Assembly: GCA_963764165.1 (NCBI GenBank)
Contig: CAVXRD010000004.1
Coordinates: forward strand, 320,001 to 384,000
Direction of reading: 5' to 3'
Origin: an uncultured Verrucomicrobiae bacterium
GTDB lineage: Bacteria > Verrucomicrobiota > Verrucomicrobiia > Limisphaerales > Palsa-1400
DNA: 64,000 nt
Positions 1 to 9,845 of the stretch are shown piece by piece. Within the stretch, counting starts at the first letter, position 1; each line of letters starts with the position of its first letter. A model generated the notes under the pieces. The model made no database searches. It saw nothing but the letters and a program-made list of their open reading frames with translations, and had not been told where the DNA came from. The translations under genes and the position numbers were made by a program.

Positions 1-2
1 CG

Positions 3-1511
3 GAAGGCAACTTGCGCCGCATCGCCCGTGCCGAAGCCTCCATCGCCGCCCGCAAGCTCGTCAATATCGGCCCAAAGTCAGGGCAGCAATACACCTACAA
101 GATTCCCAAGACCCGCGAAGGCGTTGAAGTCGGGCAAATCCTCTTCCCCGACGATTGTTGGAATGATTTCCGCATCACCTGGCAGGGCAAAGGCAGCCGC
201 ATCATCAGCCTCCACATGCTCGATCTCGCCAGCGGCTGCAATCCGATCCGAGGCCACAAGCCAACCTGCGAAGACGAGCGCGGCGTCGAGCAGCGCCTCA
301 AGGAAAAGGAAATGATCTTTCTGCTTGACGCGTATTTCTCAACTCACGGCTACCACCCGGCCGGCACGGAAATTTACTGCGAGAAAAGCACCGCAACCGT
401 GCGCCCCGAGGACGAATCCATGCTCGAAATCCTCACCGATGGCAAAATCAAAATCCGTCGCGGCCCCATGGGCGGCGGCCCCGGCATCTCCGGTCTCTTC
501 ACCGGCCCAGGCGGCGGCAACCCCAATTGGAAAGCCCCCTTGGAATCGTGGTTCAACCTGCTTCACAACCGTTGCGACGACATGATCGACTTTCCCGGGC
601 AGGCCGGAAAAAACTCTCGTCTTGACAAGCCCGAAGGCTTGGAACTCATGGAGCGAACCGACGAAGCCCTTCACCGCGCCCTGCAGGTTCTTACCCCCGA
701 GCGGCAAAAGCTCATCAAATTCAATCTGCTCCAATATGAGCACGCTGCCCCCGCCATCGACTCCATGTGCGAGGTCATCAACACCCGGCGCGATCACAAG
801 CTCAACCAATGGGCCGCATGCGGCAACATCATCCCCGCCTTTCGCTTGACAGAAACAACCCCGTGGATTCCGTGGACCGAACTCGACCGCCTCACCCCCG
901 ATCAGCAAGCGCACGTCCAATTTTTGCTTCGCCAGAACCCGCGCCTCTGCGGCGAAATCAACCTCAGCCCCCGCGAAGTCTTCAATCGCGGCGCGGGCAA
1001 GCTCATCAAATTCAACCCGTCGCAACGCGCCTTGCTGCTCGCGAAATTGGAAGGCAAGGAAAAGTCCGTCAGCAAAGGAGGATTGCTGGAATTGGAATTG
1101 CCGGAAATCGACCAGCGCAACCCCGTCCGCTACGGCCCCGTCTGGCGCGATTTCGACGGCAACGAAGTCGCCCTGCGCCACGGCGACAAATACTTGACAC
1201 GAGTCAACGGCTTCAAGCCCAAATCCGTCTGGCTCTACAACGCCGCAGGCGGATTCGTCGGCATCGCCGCTGCCCGCTTGAACGCCGCAGGCTACCACGA
1301 CGCCGAAGCCCTCAACGAGCACCACAAAGCCAAGAGCAAGCAATTCGCCCCCATCCTGGCCGAAGCCCGCAAGATCGCCGCCCCCATCAATACCCGCGCC
1401 AGCGAAATTGTTGACAACAACGCCCGCGTCTTCGCCAGCCAGAAAAAGGAAGCAAACGATTTGGCAGCCGCCGCCAGCGCGGCGCTGTTCAGAGGAAACG
1501 CAGAAAGTTAA
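3..1511 (+). CDS. MuA-like DDE transposase (5'-partial)
   Basis: Frame open to the window edge; motifs FPDDCWND, IYCEKSTA and NPNWKAPLESWFNLLHN; directly upstream of an HTH-AAA gene. Confidence 0.85.
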   Translation, partial: EGNLRRIARAEASIAARKLVNIGPKSGQQYTYKIPKTREGVEVGQILFPDDCWNDFRITWQGKGSRIISLHMLDLASGCNPIRGHKPTCEDERGVEQRLKEKEMIFLLDAYFSTHGYHPAGTEIYCEKSTATVRPEDESMLEILTDGKIKIRRGPMGGGPGISGLFTGPGGGNPNWKAPLESWFNLLHNRCDDMIDFPGQAGKNSRLDKPEGLELMERTDEALHRALQVLTPERQKLIKFNLLQYEHAAPAIDSMCEVINTRRDHKLNQWAACGNIIPAFRLTETTPWIPWTELDRLTPDQQAHVQFLLRQNPRLCGEINLSPREVFNRGAGKLIKFNPSQRALLLAKLEGKEKSVSKGGLLELELPEIDQRNPVRYGPVWRDFDGNEVALRHGDKYLTRVNGFKPKSVWLYNAAGGFVGIAAARLNAAGYHDAEALNEHHKAKSKQFAPILAEARKIAAPINTRASEIVDNNARVFASQKKEANDLAAAASAALFRGNAES

Positions 1512-1532
1512 CCCGCAACAAAAAGGAGAGTT

Positions 1533-2594
1533 ATGATTGACATGATAGGAGACAACGAATTGCCGCCAGGCGACCGCGCCGAGCGACCCGAACCAGAACC
1601 CGAAACACCCGCCGCCGAAGCGCCGGGCAAAATCCTCGACCGCCATTTGCACGCGCAAATCAAAGCCCGGCTCAACGCCGATTTCAGCCAGGCCGAACTC
1701 GCCCGCCAGATCGGCGTGTCCGCCGCCATGATCAACAAATGGATCAAAGGCGCGCCAGTCGGAGACGTTGTCAAATTGGAGTTCAAGCTGCAGGCGTGGT
1801 TGAACGGCGCGATGGAGCGCGTCGATCTCACCCGCGAGCTTCGCCACACGCCCGTCACCCAGGAGACATGCGCGATCATTCGCAGCATCATCAAGACGAA
1901 CGATCTTGGCGTCATCACCGGGCGCGCCGGCATCGGCAAAACCTGCGGAGCGCAATTGTTCCTGCTCGAAGACCCGATGGCCACATTGTTGACAGCCGAC
2001 TACTGCCACGGCAGCGCCGAATGCATGGTCTCCGATTTGCGCCGCAAAAACAGCATCCGCCGCCGCATCACCGATCCGATGGGCTTCAACGACATCGTCG
2101 TCGACCGCTTCACCGGCACCAGCCGCCCGCTGATGATTGACAACGCGCACGCGCTGACCATGGGCGGACTGCGATGGGCTTACGCGTTTCACAACCGCAC
2201 CGGATGCCCCGTCATCATGATCGGCAACCCCATGATCGAGCAAAAAATCCTCGCCTTGCCCGACGAAGATCAGTTCACCACCCGCACCGGACAATTCCGC
2301 GCCGTGGGTGTATTTGACAACAAGACCGCCCAGGAACTCGCCGGGCTGTTGCTCGATCAATACGCCCCGCACCTGAAAGCCGATCTCATCAGCCAGGCCA
2401 CCGACACCTGCCGCGCCCGTGGTTATGCCCGGCGCTTGAAAAAGCAAATCCGCCTCGCCCTCGGCATTCTCGAAGGAGGATTGTCCGACATCAACGTCAT
2501 CAAAAAACTCCGAGCAGAAGGCCACACCGACGCGCAAATCGCGTTCAGCCTCGCCGCCACCCAACTGCTGTCAATCGAAGGGAGGGAAGAATGA
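1533..2594 (+). CDS. MuB-like transposition ATPase (HTH + AAA)
   Basis: N-terminal HTH (SQAELARQIGVSAAMINKW), Walker A GRAGIGKT, Walker B LMIDNA; AGGAG upstream; follows the transposase. Confidence 0.9.
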   Translation: MIDMIGDNELPPGDRAERPEPEPETPAAEAPGKILDRHLHAQIKARLNADFSQAELARQIGVSAAMINKWIKGAPVGDVVKLEFKLQAWLNGAMERVDLTRELRHTPVTQETCAIIRSIIKTNDLGVITGRAGIGKTCGAQLFLLEDPMATLLTADYCHGSAECMVSDLRRKNSIRRRITDPMGFNDIVVDRFTGTSRPLMIDNAHALTMGGLRWAYAFHNRTGCPVIMIGNPMIEQKILALPDEDQFTTRTGQFRAVGVFDNKTAQELAGLLLDQYAPHLKADLISQATDTCRARGYARRLKKQIRLALGILEGGLSDINVIKKLRAEGHTDAQIAFSLAATQLLSIEGREE

Positions 2595-2788
2595 CCCGCT
2601 ACATCGTCTCCTGGGTGGGCACCCGCGACGGCGAAGACTACAGCGGCGCGGGCACCTTCGACCGCGAGCGGATCGCCACCCGCGAAGACATCGACGGCAT
2701 CGCCAGCGAAATAAAAGCCGAGCGCGGCTACGAGGAATGCACCTTGGTCGCATGGATGCCCGCCAAAAACGAACAGGAGGCCGCATGA
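2591..2788 (+). CDS. hypothetical early phage protein
   Basis: ATGA overlap with the previous gene, GGAGG upstream. Confidence 0.7.
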   Translation: MTRYIVSWVGTRDGEDYSGAGTFDRERIATREDIDGIASEIKAERGYEECTLVAWMPAKNEQEAA

Positions 2789-2952
2789 AGGCTTGCATAA
2801 TTCTGTTTTGCATCATCGGCTTCTATTTCACCGCGGCGATTATCGCCTTGATAATCGCCGCGCTGGAAGAGGTAGGGACGCCTGGCCCAGGCGTCCGAGG
2901 ACTATCATCAGCCAACGCCGCCGTTTTGAAACTCAACCCCATCATCAAATGA
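2785..2952 (+). CDS. small membrane protein containing an in-frame REP hairpin
   Basis: MKACIILFCIIGFYFTAAIIALIIAAL hydrophobic helix; ATGA overlaps at both ends; AGGAGG upstream. Confidence 0.6.
   Translation: MKACIILFCIIGFYFTAAIIALIIAALEEVGTPGPGVRGLSSANAAVLKLNPIIK
2872..2897 (+). repeat. GTAG-type REP hairpin
   Basis: GTAG-GGACGCCTGG-C-CCAGGCGTCC-G; related copies at 12043, 12687, 17481, 38216, 40375, 61221. Confidence 0.85.
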
Positions 2953-3203
2953 GCAATTCCCCTTCGTGTCCTTTGTGCCCTTCTGTTGAAATTGCAGTTC
3001 AGTACATCGTCCTCTACAAAGGCAAATGGCCCGTCCGTTTCCTTGACACATGCCGCTGGCCCGCAGCCGACCTGCAGGCCAGCGAGGACAAAGCAACCCG
3101 CTTTCCGACCGAGCAAGCCGCCGCCAATCGCGCCGGCATGCAAGGCTGGGATGCCTCCGAAATCACCGTCAAACCCGCCGAGCCATTAACAGTCAACAAA
3201 TAA
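2949..3203 (+). CDS. hypothetical early phage protein
   Basis: ATGA overlap; MSNSPSCPLCPSVEIAVQYIVLYKGK...LTVNK. Confidence 0.6.
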   Translation: MSNSPSCPLCPSVEIAVQYIVLYKGKWPVRFLDTCRWPAADLQASEDKATRFPTEQAAANRAGMQGWDASEITVKPAEPLTVNK

Positions 3204-3208
3204 TTGCC

Positions 3209-3400
3209 ATGGCCACCATCACCTGCGGGCACTGCAAGACCACGAACAGCCTCAGTTCGTTTTGCATCGGAGTGCCTCAATACGAATACAAATGCCCGGC
3301 ATGCGGGCATCATTTCAGAGTCGTCGCCACGCCACTGACAGAGCCGCGCAACAAAATCATCGTCATCCGTCCAGGCAGAAAATTAACCGTCAACAAATAA
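3209..3400 (+). CDS. small zinc-ribbon protein
   Basis: Two CxxC pairs (CGHC, CPAC); ATG at 3209. Confidence 0.7.
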   Translation: MATITCGHCKTTNSLSSFCIGVPQYEYKCPACGHHFRVVATPLTEPRNKIIVIRPGRKLTVNK

Positions 3401-3416
3401 ATTCAAATTCAAACCT

Positions 3417-3983
3417 ATGAAAAAAACAGAACAAGAAACGACCCAAGTCAGCAGCGACTACCTGCAATTGCTCGACATGCTCAATGTCGTCGCGACGAGC
3501 ACGACGCGCCTCGCCGAAATGCAGGCCGCCATCGATCAGGATATGATCGACGCCGTCAACGAGCACAAGGACACCTACGCGGACCTGCAGACGGCCATCT
3601 CCGACGCCACGGCTGCGCTGGAGGCGATCTGCCTCGCTCACCCCGAGTGGTTCAAGGAAAAGAAGTCAGTCAAGACGCTTTTCGGCTCAGTTGGGTTCCG
3701 CGATATTCCGTCGCTCGAAATTCCTTGCGAGGAAATCACCCTCGCGCTCCTGGAAAACGCCGCCGATCAAGAGCCGATGTCCGGCATCGAACTCGCCGTC
3801 AAGACAGTCAAGACGATTAACCGCGAGGTGCTCGAAAAGCTCACCGACGCGGAACTGGCGCGATTCCGCGTCACGCGCCGGACCGGCAAGAGCTTCTCGG
3901 TGAAGCCCGCCAAAGTGGAACTCGGCAAAGCCGTCAGCGCCGGGGAGGAAGCCGATTCTCGCACCGCCGATCTTGTCGCCTGA
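3417..3983 (+). CDS. gam: host-nuclease inhibitor Gam family protein
   Basis: Coiled-coil N-half, then EWFKEKKSVKTLFGSVGFR...KTINREVL, typical of Mu Gam; early-operon position. Confidence 0.8.
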   Translation: MKKTEQETTQVSSDYLQLLDMLNVVATSTTRLAEMQAAIDQDMIDAVNEHKDTYADLQTAISDATAALEAICLAHPEWFKEKKSVKTLFGSVGFRDIPSLEIPCEEITLALLENAADQEPMSGIELAVKTVKTINREVLEKLTDAELARFRVTRRTGKSFSVKPAKVELGKAVSAGEEADSRTADLVA

Positions 3984-4024
3984 CCGCCATTCCTCATTCC
4001 CCAATCTCAATTCTCAATTGAAAA

Positions 4025-4234
4025 ATGCCTCCGGGAAACAAACAACTCCGCGAAGAAATGATTGACAAGATAATCCAGTTGTCGAAGCCGTCGCACGCGG
4101 GGCGGTTTCGCAACTATCTTACCACCCTCACCGAAAGGCAACTGGCGGCAAAGCTGCGCGATCTGCAATGCGAGCCTGCCACGAGCCAGTTCATGACCAC
4201 CGCCGAATTTTACCAGAAATTTTTCCACGCATGA
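4025..4234 (+). CDS. hypothetical phage protein
   Basis: 69-aa ORF filling the gap, ATGA overlap with the next gene. Confidence 0.6.
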   Translation: MPPGNKQLREEMIDKIIQLSKPSHAGRFRNYLTTLTERQLAAKLRDLQCEPATSQFMTTAEFYQKFFHA

Positions 4235-4449
4235 CAACAGAACAAAAATCCAAAATCGTTAACGCCGCCGCGCTCGCCGCTTCCAGGGTAGTGCCGCGAG
4301 GCTTTGGCTTGATCGTCATCATCGCGCCGACTGAAACCGACATTTACGACGGAGGCGAGTTGGCGGCCACAGTTCCGAAGGCCGAGACCATTGAACTGTT
4401 GCGGCAGACTGCGGACCGCTTGGAACGAAATCTGGCCAAGACTCAATAA
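4231..4449 (+). CDS. hypothetical phage protein
   Basis: MTTEQKSKIV...; ATGA overlap. Confidence 0.65.
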   Translation: MTTEQKSKIVNAAALAASRVVPRGFGLIVIIAPTETDIYDGGELAATVPKAETIELLRQTADRLERNLAKTQ

Positions 4450-4468
4450 AGCCTCCGTTCCTGAGTTC
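4449..4468 (+). repeat. 20-bp direct repeat, copy 1
   Basis: AAGCCTCCGTTCCTGAGTTC, identical at 5847-5866. Confidence 0.9.
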
Positions 4469-4504
4469 GGTTGTTCCTGATTAAAAAATTCAGAATCCCA
4501 AATT

Positions 4505-5032
4505 ATGAAACCCAACTACCCCGGATGGAAGATGAGCGAGTCCCAGCACGGCGCATATTTCCGCCTGTTCGCCGCCGCCTGCGAAGCCCAGAAATGCCGC
4601 ACCGCCAAGGAAAAGGAAGACTTGCGCCAGGCCGCACACCACGCCGCCTTCGGTCGATTCGGCGTCAGCGCCAAGGACATCGACCAAGGAAAAATGTTTG
4701 ACGCCATCAAGCGCGAATTCCTGCGCCTGGCCGACCGCGTCGATCACAACGCAGACCAAGCCCGCGTCAGGCTTCTGCACGAGGCCGAGCACATGCTGGA
4801 AGTGCTCCGCGACATCACCTCCGCCGCCTACATTGCAAAGCTCTTGAAACAGCGTTTCAAGATCATCCCAGGCAAGCGCACCGTCGAAGATTTGAGCAAT
4901 GGGCAACTCAGCCAACTCATCATCACCTGCAACAGCCGGATCAAGGTTTTGAGTCAATCAAAAATATCCGAAGTCGAAGTGGAAGAATCCGAAGTCTACC
5001 ACGAACCCGAATCCGCCAACGTCCCGTTTTGA
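4505..5032 (+). CDS. GemA/gp16-like (DUF1018-like) protein
   Basis: Pattern LRQAAHHAAFGRFGVSAKDI...VEDLSNGQLSQLIITC and position in a Mu-like early operon. Confidence 0.55.
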   Translation: MKPNYPGWKMSESQHGAYFRLFAAACEAQKCRTAKEKEDLRQAAHHAAFGRFGVSAKDIDQGKMFDAIKREFLRLADRVDHNADQARVRLLHEAEHMLEVLRDITSAAYIAKLLKQRFKIIPGKRTVEDLSNGQLSQLIITCNSRIKVLSQSKISEVEVEESEVYHEPESANVPF

Positions 5033-5039
5033 AAACACA

Positions 5040-5840
5040 ATGACCGCGCCCAAACATCCAGCATTGCGCTACTACGGCGGCAAATTCCGGCTCGGTCGGT
5101 GGATCGCCTCGCATTTTCCCGCGCACGAAACCTACGTTGAGCCGTTTGGCGGCGCTTGCGGTGTCCTCTTGCGCAAAGAGCCATCGCCCGTTGAAGTCTA
5201 CAATGATCTCGATTCGGGCGTCGTGAATTTCTTCCGCGTGCTCCGCGAAAATCCGCGTGGGCTTTTCCGCCTGCTTGAACTGACTCCGTTTTCGCGGGAG
5301 GAATTTGAACTGGCCTTCGTGCGGTCCGACGATCCAGTGGAAGACGCGCGACGGTTCTTTGTTTCGTCGTGGCAGGGCTTCGGCGGCTCGCGGCAAAAGA
5401 CAACGGGATGGAAAACGCAGAACCGCCTGTGGGAGCGGTCACGAGCCAATCAATTGCAAGAGTGGCACGACGCCAAGCGCAATCTCGGATGCGTGGCCAG
5501 GCGCTTGCGCGGCGTTCAAATCGAGCACGCCGACGCGCTGGATGTGATTCGCAAATTCGACGGACCGAACGCGCTCTTTTACGTCGACCCGCCGTATCCC
5601 ACGGATACCCGGAATGTTTCATGGTGCAAAGGAGCTTACGCATTTGAGTTTTCCGCGAGCGATCACACGCACTTGGGCAACTTGCTTTTGCGCATCAAGG
5701 GAATGGCCATCATCAGCACGTATCCCAATGAGCATTACGACCGCATGTTTGAGGGATGGCGAAAACTGTCAACTACAAGTCAGACGATGAATAAAACCGT
5801 CGCGACGGAAGTGGTATATCTCTCACCGAATATCGAATGA
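5040..5840 (+). CDS. D12-class DNA N6-adenine methyltransferase
   Basis: LRYYGGK, YVEPFGGA, VYNDLD, FYVDPPY motifs. Confidence 0.93.
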   Translation: MTAPKHPALRYYGGKFRLGRWIASHFPAHETYVEPFGGACGVLLRKEPSPVEVYNDLDSGVVNFFRVLRENPRGLFRLLELTPFSREEFELAFVRSDDPVEDARRFFVSSWQGFGGSRQKTTGWKTQNRLWERSRANQLQEWHDAKRNLGCVARRLRGVQIEHADALDVIRKFDGPNALFYVDPPYPTDTRNVSWCKGAYAFEFSASDHTHLGNLLLRIKGMAIISTYPNEHYDRMFEGWRKLSTTSQTMNKTVATEVVYLSPNIE

Positions 5841-5846
5841 ACCCAT

Positions 5847-5866
5847 AAGCCTCCGTTCCTGAGTTC
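5847..5866 (+). repeat. 20-bp direct repeat, copy 2
   Basis: Identical to 4449-4468. Confidence 0.9.
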
Positions 5867-5874
5867 CTGACAAA

Positions 5875-6266
5875 ATGAACCCTTCCCCGCTCACCGACGA
5901 AACCCCGATGCCCTTTGGCAAATGGCGCGGGACAGAAATGCGCCACGTCCCCGCCGAATACCTGCAATGGTGCGAACAAAATCTCACAGGCAAGTGGCAG
6001 AAACCGATACTTGACTACATCGCCGCCTATTGCGAGCGCACGGAGATCGACAAAGACATGCCGCTGTCCATGGCCACCTTGCGCCACAAAACCCCGCCAG
6101 GCACGCCCGTGTGCGTCAGAAGCGATACTCGCGAGGCGTTCGTGAGAGTTGAAAAAGCGCCGAAAAAACAGGCGGAACAAATACAAGTTTCCCCGCCGTT
6201 GTCAGTCAATACGAAATCCGCCGAGGACGCCTTGGCCGGATTGAGAGCACTACGGGAATCACTCAA

Positions 6267-6270
<4 letters not shown>
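5875..6270 (+). CDS. DUF3820-like protein
   Basis: N-terminal MPFGKWRG...VPAEYLQW motif. Confidence 0.7.
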
Positions 6271-7181
<911 letters not shown>

Positions 7182-7247
7182 AAAAAACCAAAGCGGCCCG
7201 GCGTGATTCCAGCACACCGGGCCTGCGCAACAAGCCCATAGGTAAGT

Positions 7248-7463
7248 ATGAGCAAGCCACGCAGGCAAAAAATATCCGTTCCCGGATTGAACGCAAAAAC
7301 GAAAATTCTCTTCTCATCGCCGCCCGGCAAGACGGCGGCGCTGGTGGAAGGCGGGAAAATGACCGCCAAGCAATTCAGCGGCCCTCACGCGGCGTTGGAT
7401 TGGGCGATATCCCACGGCGTGGCGTTTTTCTTCACGCCCGCCGATCCCGTTTCACAGAATTAG
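7248..7463 (+). CDS. hypothetical phage protein
   Basis: 71-aa ORF ending just before a terminator. Confidence 0.55.
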   Translation: MSKPRRQKISVPGLNAKTKILFSSPPGKTAALVEGGKMTAKQFSGPHAALDWAISHGVAFFFTPADPVSQN

Positions 7464-7499
7464 TTGACACGGCGTTCGCCGTTGTGAGATTGTGCCGCC

Positions 7500-7536
7500 A
7501 GCCGTAGGAGGACGCTCCTGCGGCTTTTTAGTTTTT
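7500..7536 (+). terminator. intrinsic terminator ending the early operon
   Basis: AGCCGTAGGAG-GACG-CTCCTGCGGCT stem (one G-U pair) followed by TTTTAGTTTTT. Confidence 0.8.
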
Positions 7537-7571
7537 CGGCTTCCAAGAAATTCTTCGGAAAAATTCGATTC

Positions 7572-7586
7572 TCCCCACGGTGGGGA
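7572..7586. promoter_or_regulatory. candidate late-promoter activator/operator palindrome
   Basis: Perfect inverted repeat TCCCCAC-G-GTGGGGA between the terminator and the first late gene. Confidence 0.45.
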
Positions 7587-7671
7587 ATACGCCCGCGCCC
7601 GTCTGTGTTTCACTCGAACCGTGCTTAACGAAAAAAGCAAGGTGGGTAAAACCCGCATCGAAAGGAAACAC

Positions 7672-7875
7672 ATGAAAAAACTATTGATCGCAACTTCCCT
7701 TGTCGCCCTGGTCGCAGTCGGCTGCAAAAATCCGGTCAGCGTCTCGGGCGATTACGCCACGCCGAAGCAAACCATTGCAGGCGGCGTCACGCTCACTCCG
7801 AACAGCGTCACTGTTGACGGCTCCGTCAGCAACGCCACGCAATCAGTCGGCGGTTCCGTCACCGTTGGTAAATAA
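7672..7875 (+). CDS. phage lipoprotein
   Basis: MKKLLIATSLVALVAVGC lipobox; AAGGA upstream. Confidence 0.8.
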   Translation: MKKLLIATSLVALVAVGCKNPVSVSGDYATPKQTIAGGVTLTPNSVTVDGSVSNATQSVGGSVTVGK

Positions 7876-7880
7876 CTCCC

Positions 7881-8240
7881 ATGCGTCGCGTCATTCTCAT
7901 CTCGGCGCTGGCCTTGTGCGGTGGCGGATGCTTCATGGCACCGCCCGGCCCGACCGTCAGCCATGAAGTCAAGACCTACGATCCTCAGACCGGCCATCTC
8001 GTGCGAGTCGAGCGATGGAAGGATAAATCCGGTCTGCGTGCGCTCTACGTTTTGATGGACCCGTCCGGCCAGAACGTGAACGCGTGGCATACGAATCAAG
8101 CCGCCCTCGGCGGTTGCTCCCATTTCAGCGCCGGTTCGGCTGGCGTTGTGGTTGACACAAATTCCGCCGCCATCATCGGCGAATCCGGGACTGCAGTCGG
8201 CAACGTCATCGGCGCGGCAGCCAAAACCGCCGTCAAATAA
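7881..8240 (+). CDS. phage lipoprotein
   Basis: MRRVILISALALCGGGC lipobox-like N-terminus. Confidence 0.75.
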   Translation: MRRVILISALALCGGGCFMAPPGPTVSHEVKTYDPQTGHLVRVERWKDKSGLRALYVLMDPSGQNVNAWHTNQAALGGCSHFSAGSAGVVVDTNSAAIIGESGTAVGNVIGAAAKTAVK

Positions 8241-8455
8241 TGGGCGACCGCGTCACACTCGGGGGTCAGGCCAAATCGTGGTTGAAATCGCTCTGCGAGA
8301 CCGGCCCGACGCGCTACTGCCTTGACGGCGTCAAAGCGACGCTGAAACGCCAGGGCTTGGCTGTCGAGGTCGACGGCGTGCTCTCCGCAACCGACAAAGG
8401 CCGCGCCGTCTTTCGCGCAATTCAGGGTGAACCGTCCGTTTTCCAATTCGTATGA
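8240..8455 (+). CDS. hypothetical protein, possibly winged helix
   Basis: TAATG overlap; LKRQGLAVEVDGVLSATDKG resembles a wHTH wing. Confidence 0.55.
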   Translation: MGDRVTLGGQAKSWLKSLCETGPTRYCLDGVKATLKRQGLAVEVDGVLSATDKGRAVFRAIQGEPSVFQFV

Positions 8456-9201
8456 TCGCACAAACTTCAAACGAATTCATCCCAGCCAATGCGCGGTTTC
8501 TTTGCCGATGCGCCGCGCAAACCTACGGCGACATCACAGCGCAAGACGGATGGACCGCAACCGTTCTTATTGACACCGGGCATTTGCTCGTTGCCGTCTT
8601 TCGTTGCGAGACGGATGTCGCAATTGCTGTGCGCGGAACGAAAAACCTGCCCAACGTGCTCGCCGATATGGACTGCATCCTGAAGCGCGATGGCGATTGG
8701 AAAGTCCACGAGGGATTTTCCAATTCCGTCGACCTCGTTGAGCAAGCCGTCGCAAACGTCATCCTCGCGGAAGCGTTTGGGCCGCGCCGAATTTGGCTCA
8801 CTGGCCACAGCCTTGGGGGAGCGATGGTTCACTTGCTCGCCGCCCGCTTCGTGCGGAAATATCGCCGCCAGCCGTTCGCGGGCATCTACACCTATGGTCA
8901 GCCTCGCGTCGGCAACGCCGCTTACCGCGACTGGTACAACTCAAGCGGGCTGCAATACTACACGTTTCGCGTCGTCAACCAGGACGACATTGTCCCGCGC
9001 CTCCCGTGGTTGCTGGGCCGCTACCGACACTCCGCGCACGAAATATATTTTACTGGCGTTCAAAAGTATTTCGTCGATTTGCCGATGCCGGTGAAACTGA
9101 TTTGCGACGTGCCGGGGCTCGTTCGCGAAGTCTGCAAAGACCGCGCCGAGTTCGTGGAAGATCATCACTCCGCGAGATACCTCCAAATTTTAGACGCATG
9201 A
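8452..9201 (+). CDS. class 3 lipase
   Basis: AVRGT, VHEGF, TGHSLGGA nucleophile elbow, YTYGQPRVGN, VVNQDDIVPRLP, terminal DHH. Confidence 0.93.
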   Translation: MIAQTSNEFIPANARFLCRCAAQTYGDITAQDGWTATVLIDTGHLLVAVFRCETDVAIAVRGTKNLPNVLADMDCILKRDGDWKVHEGFSNSVDLVEQAVANVILAEAFGPRRIWLTGHSLGGAMVHLLAARFVRKYRRQPFAGIYTYGQPRVGNAAYRDWYNSSGLQYYTFRVVNQDDIVPRLPWLLGRYRHSAHEIYFTGVQKYFVDLPMPVKLICDVPGLVREVCKDRAEFVEDHHSARYLQILDA

Positions 9202-9602
9202 ACTCACTCCAACTCGTCTCCGCATTTCTTTCGCCGATCTGCCTCGTGATTACGACAGTCCTGGCGTGGGTCGTCATATACCGCAAGCAGCGCACGGAAG
9301 TCAGCTTCACCGGCGAGCCGGTCGACAAAAAGGATTTCGAGAAAGCGGAGGCCGCGCACGCCGCTGTTCACGCGCAACTGTTCGCCAAAATCGGCGGCGC
9401 GGAGCGCGGTGTTGAAAACCGCATGGGCGAGCGCATGGCCCGCATTGAAACAAACACGGACAAAATTTGGGAGAAAATGGAGTCCGACAAAACCGAGATT
9501 TTGAAGACCGGCGAAGATCGTGCCACCAAAACCCACGACCGCATCAACGCTGTCCTCGAAGCCGTCGCCGAATTGCGCGGCCAGGTGAACGCCAAAAAAT
9601 AA
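9198..9602 (+). CDS. membrane-anchored coiled-coil protein (Mu gp25-like position)
   Basis: N-terminal TM (LVSAFLSPICLVITTVLAWVVIY) then a charged coiled coil; ATGA overlap. Confidence 0.7.
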   Translation: MNSLQLVSAFLSPICLVITTVLAWVVIYRKQRTEVSFTGEPVDKKDFEKAEAAHAAVHAQLFAKIGGAERGVENRMGERMARIETNTDKIWEKMESDKTEILKTGEDRATKTHDRINAVLEAVAELRGQVNAKK

Positions 9603-9841
9603 TGAACCTTGCTCCCACCATTCTGAGAATCCTGCGCAACATGAGCGGCGAACCGCTTTCGTTGCCAGCCATTGTTGACACCGTTCGCCTGGCGCGCCCC
9701 GGCCTGCCCGAATCGGATATTGTCAGCGCGGTCAAGTCCCTGGAAGCCGGCGGCTACATCGCCGGCACGGAAAATCGCCTACTGAAAACGTCCCTCTGGA
9801 CAATGACCTCCAAGGGCGACATCGCCGTCGCCCAACTGTGA
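9602..9841 (+). CDS. Mu gp26-like winged-helix protein
   Basis: ILRILRN...DIVSAVKSLEAGGYI...WTMTSKG; TAATG overlap; precedes the terminase genes. Confidence 0.7.
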   Translation: MNLAPTILRILRNMSGEPLSLPAIVDTVRLARPGLPESDIVSAVKSLEAGGYIAGTENRLLKTSLWTMTSKGDIAVAQL

Positions 9842-9845
9842 ATGA

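Noticed and set aside
339..2564. 741-aa minus-strand ORF and similar long antisense ORFs (e.g. 11021-12001, 16216-17304, 40473-41642, 43727-44989)
   Set aside because: Shadow ORFs opposite well-supported genes in GC-rich DNA; no recognisable motifs
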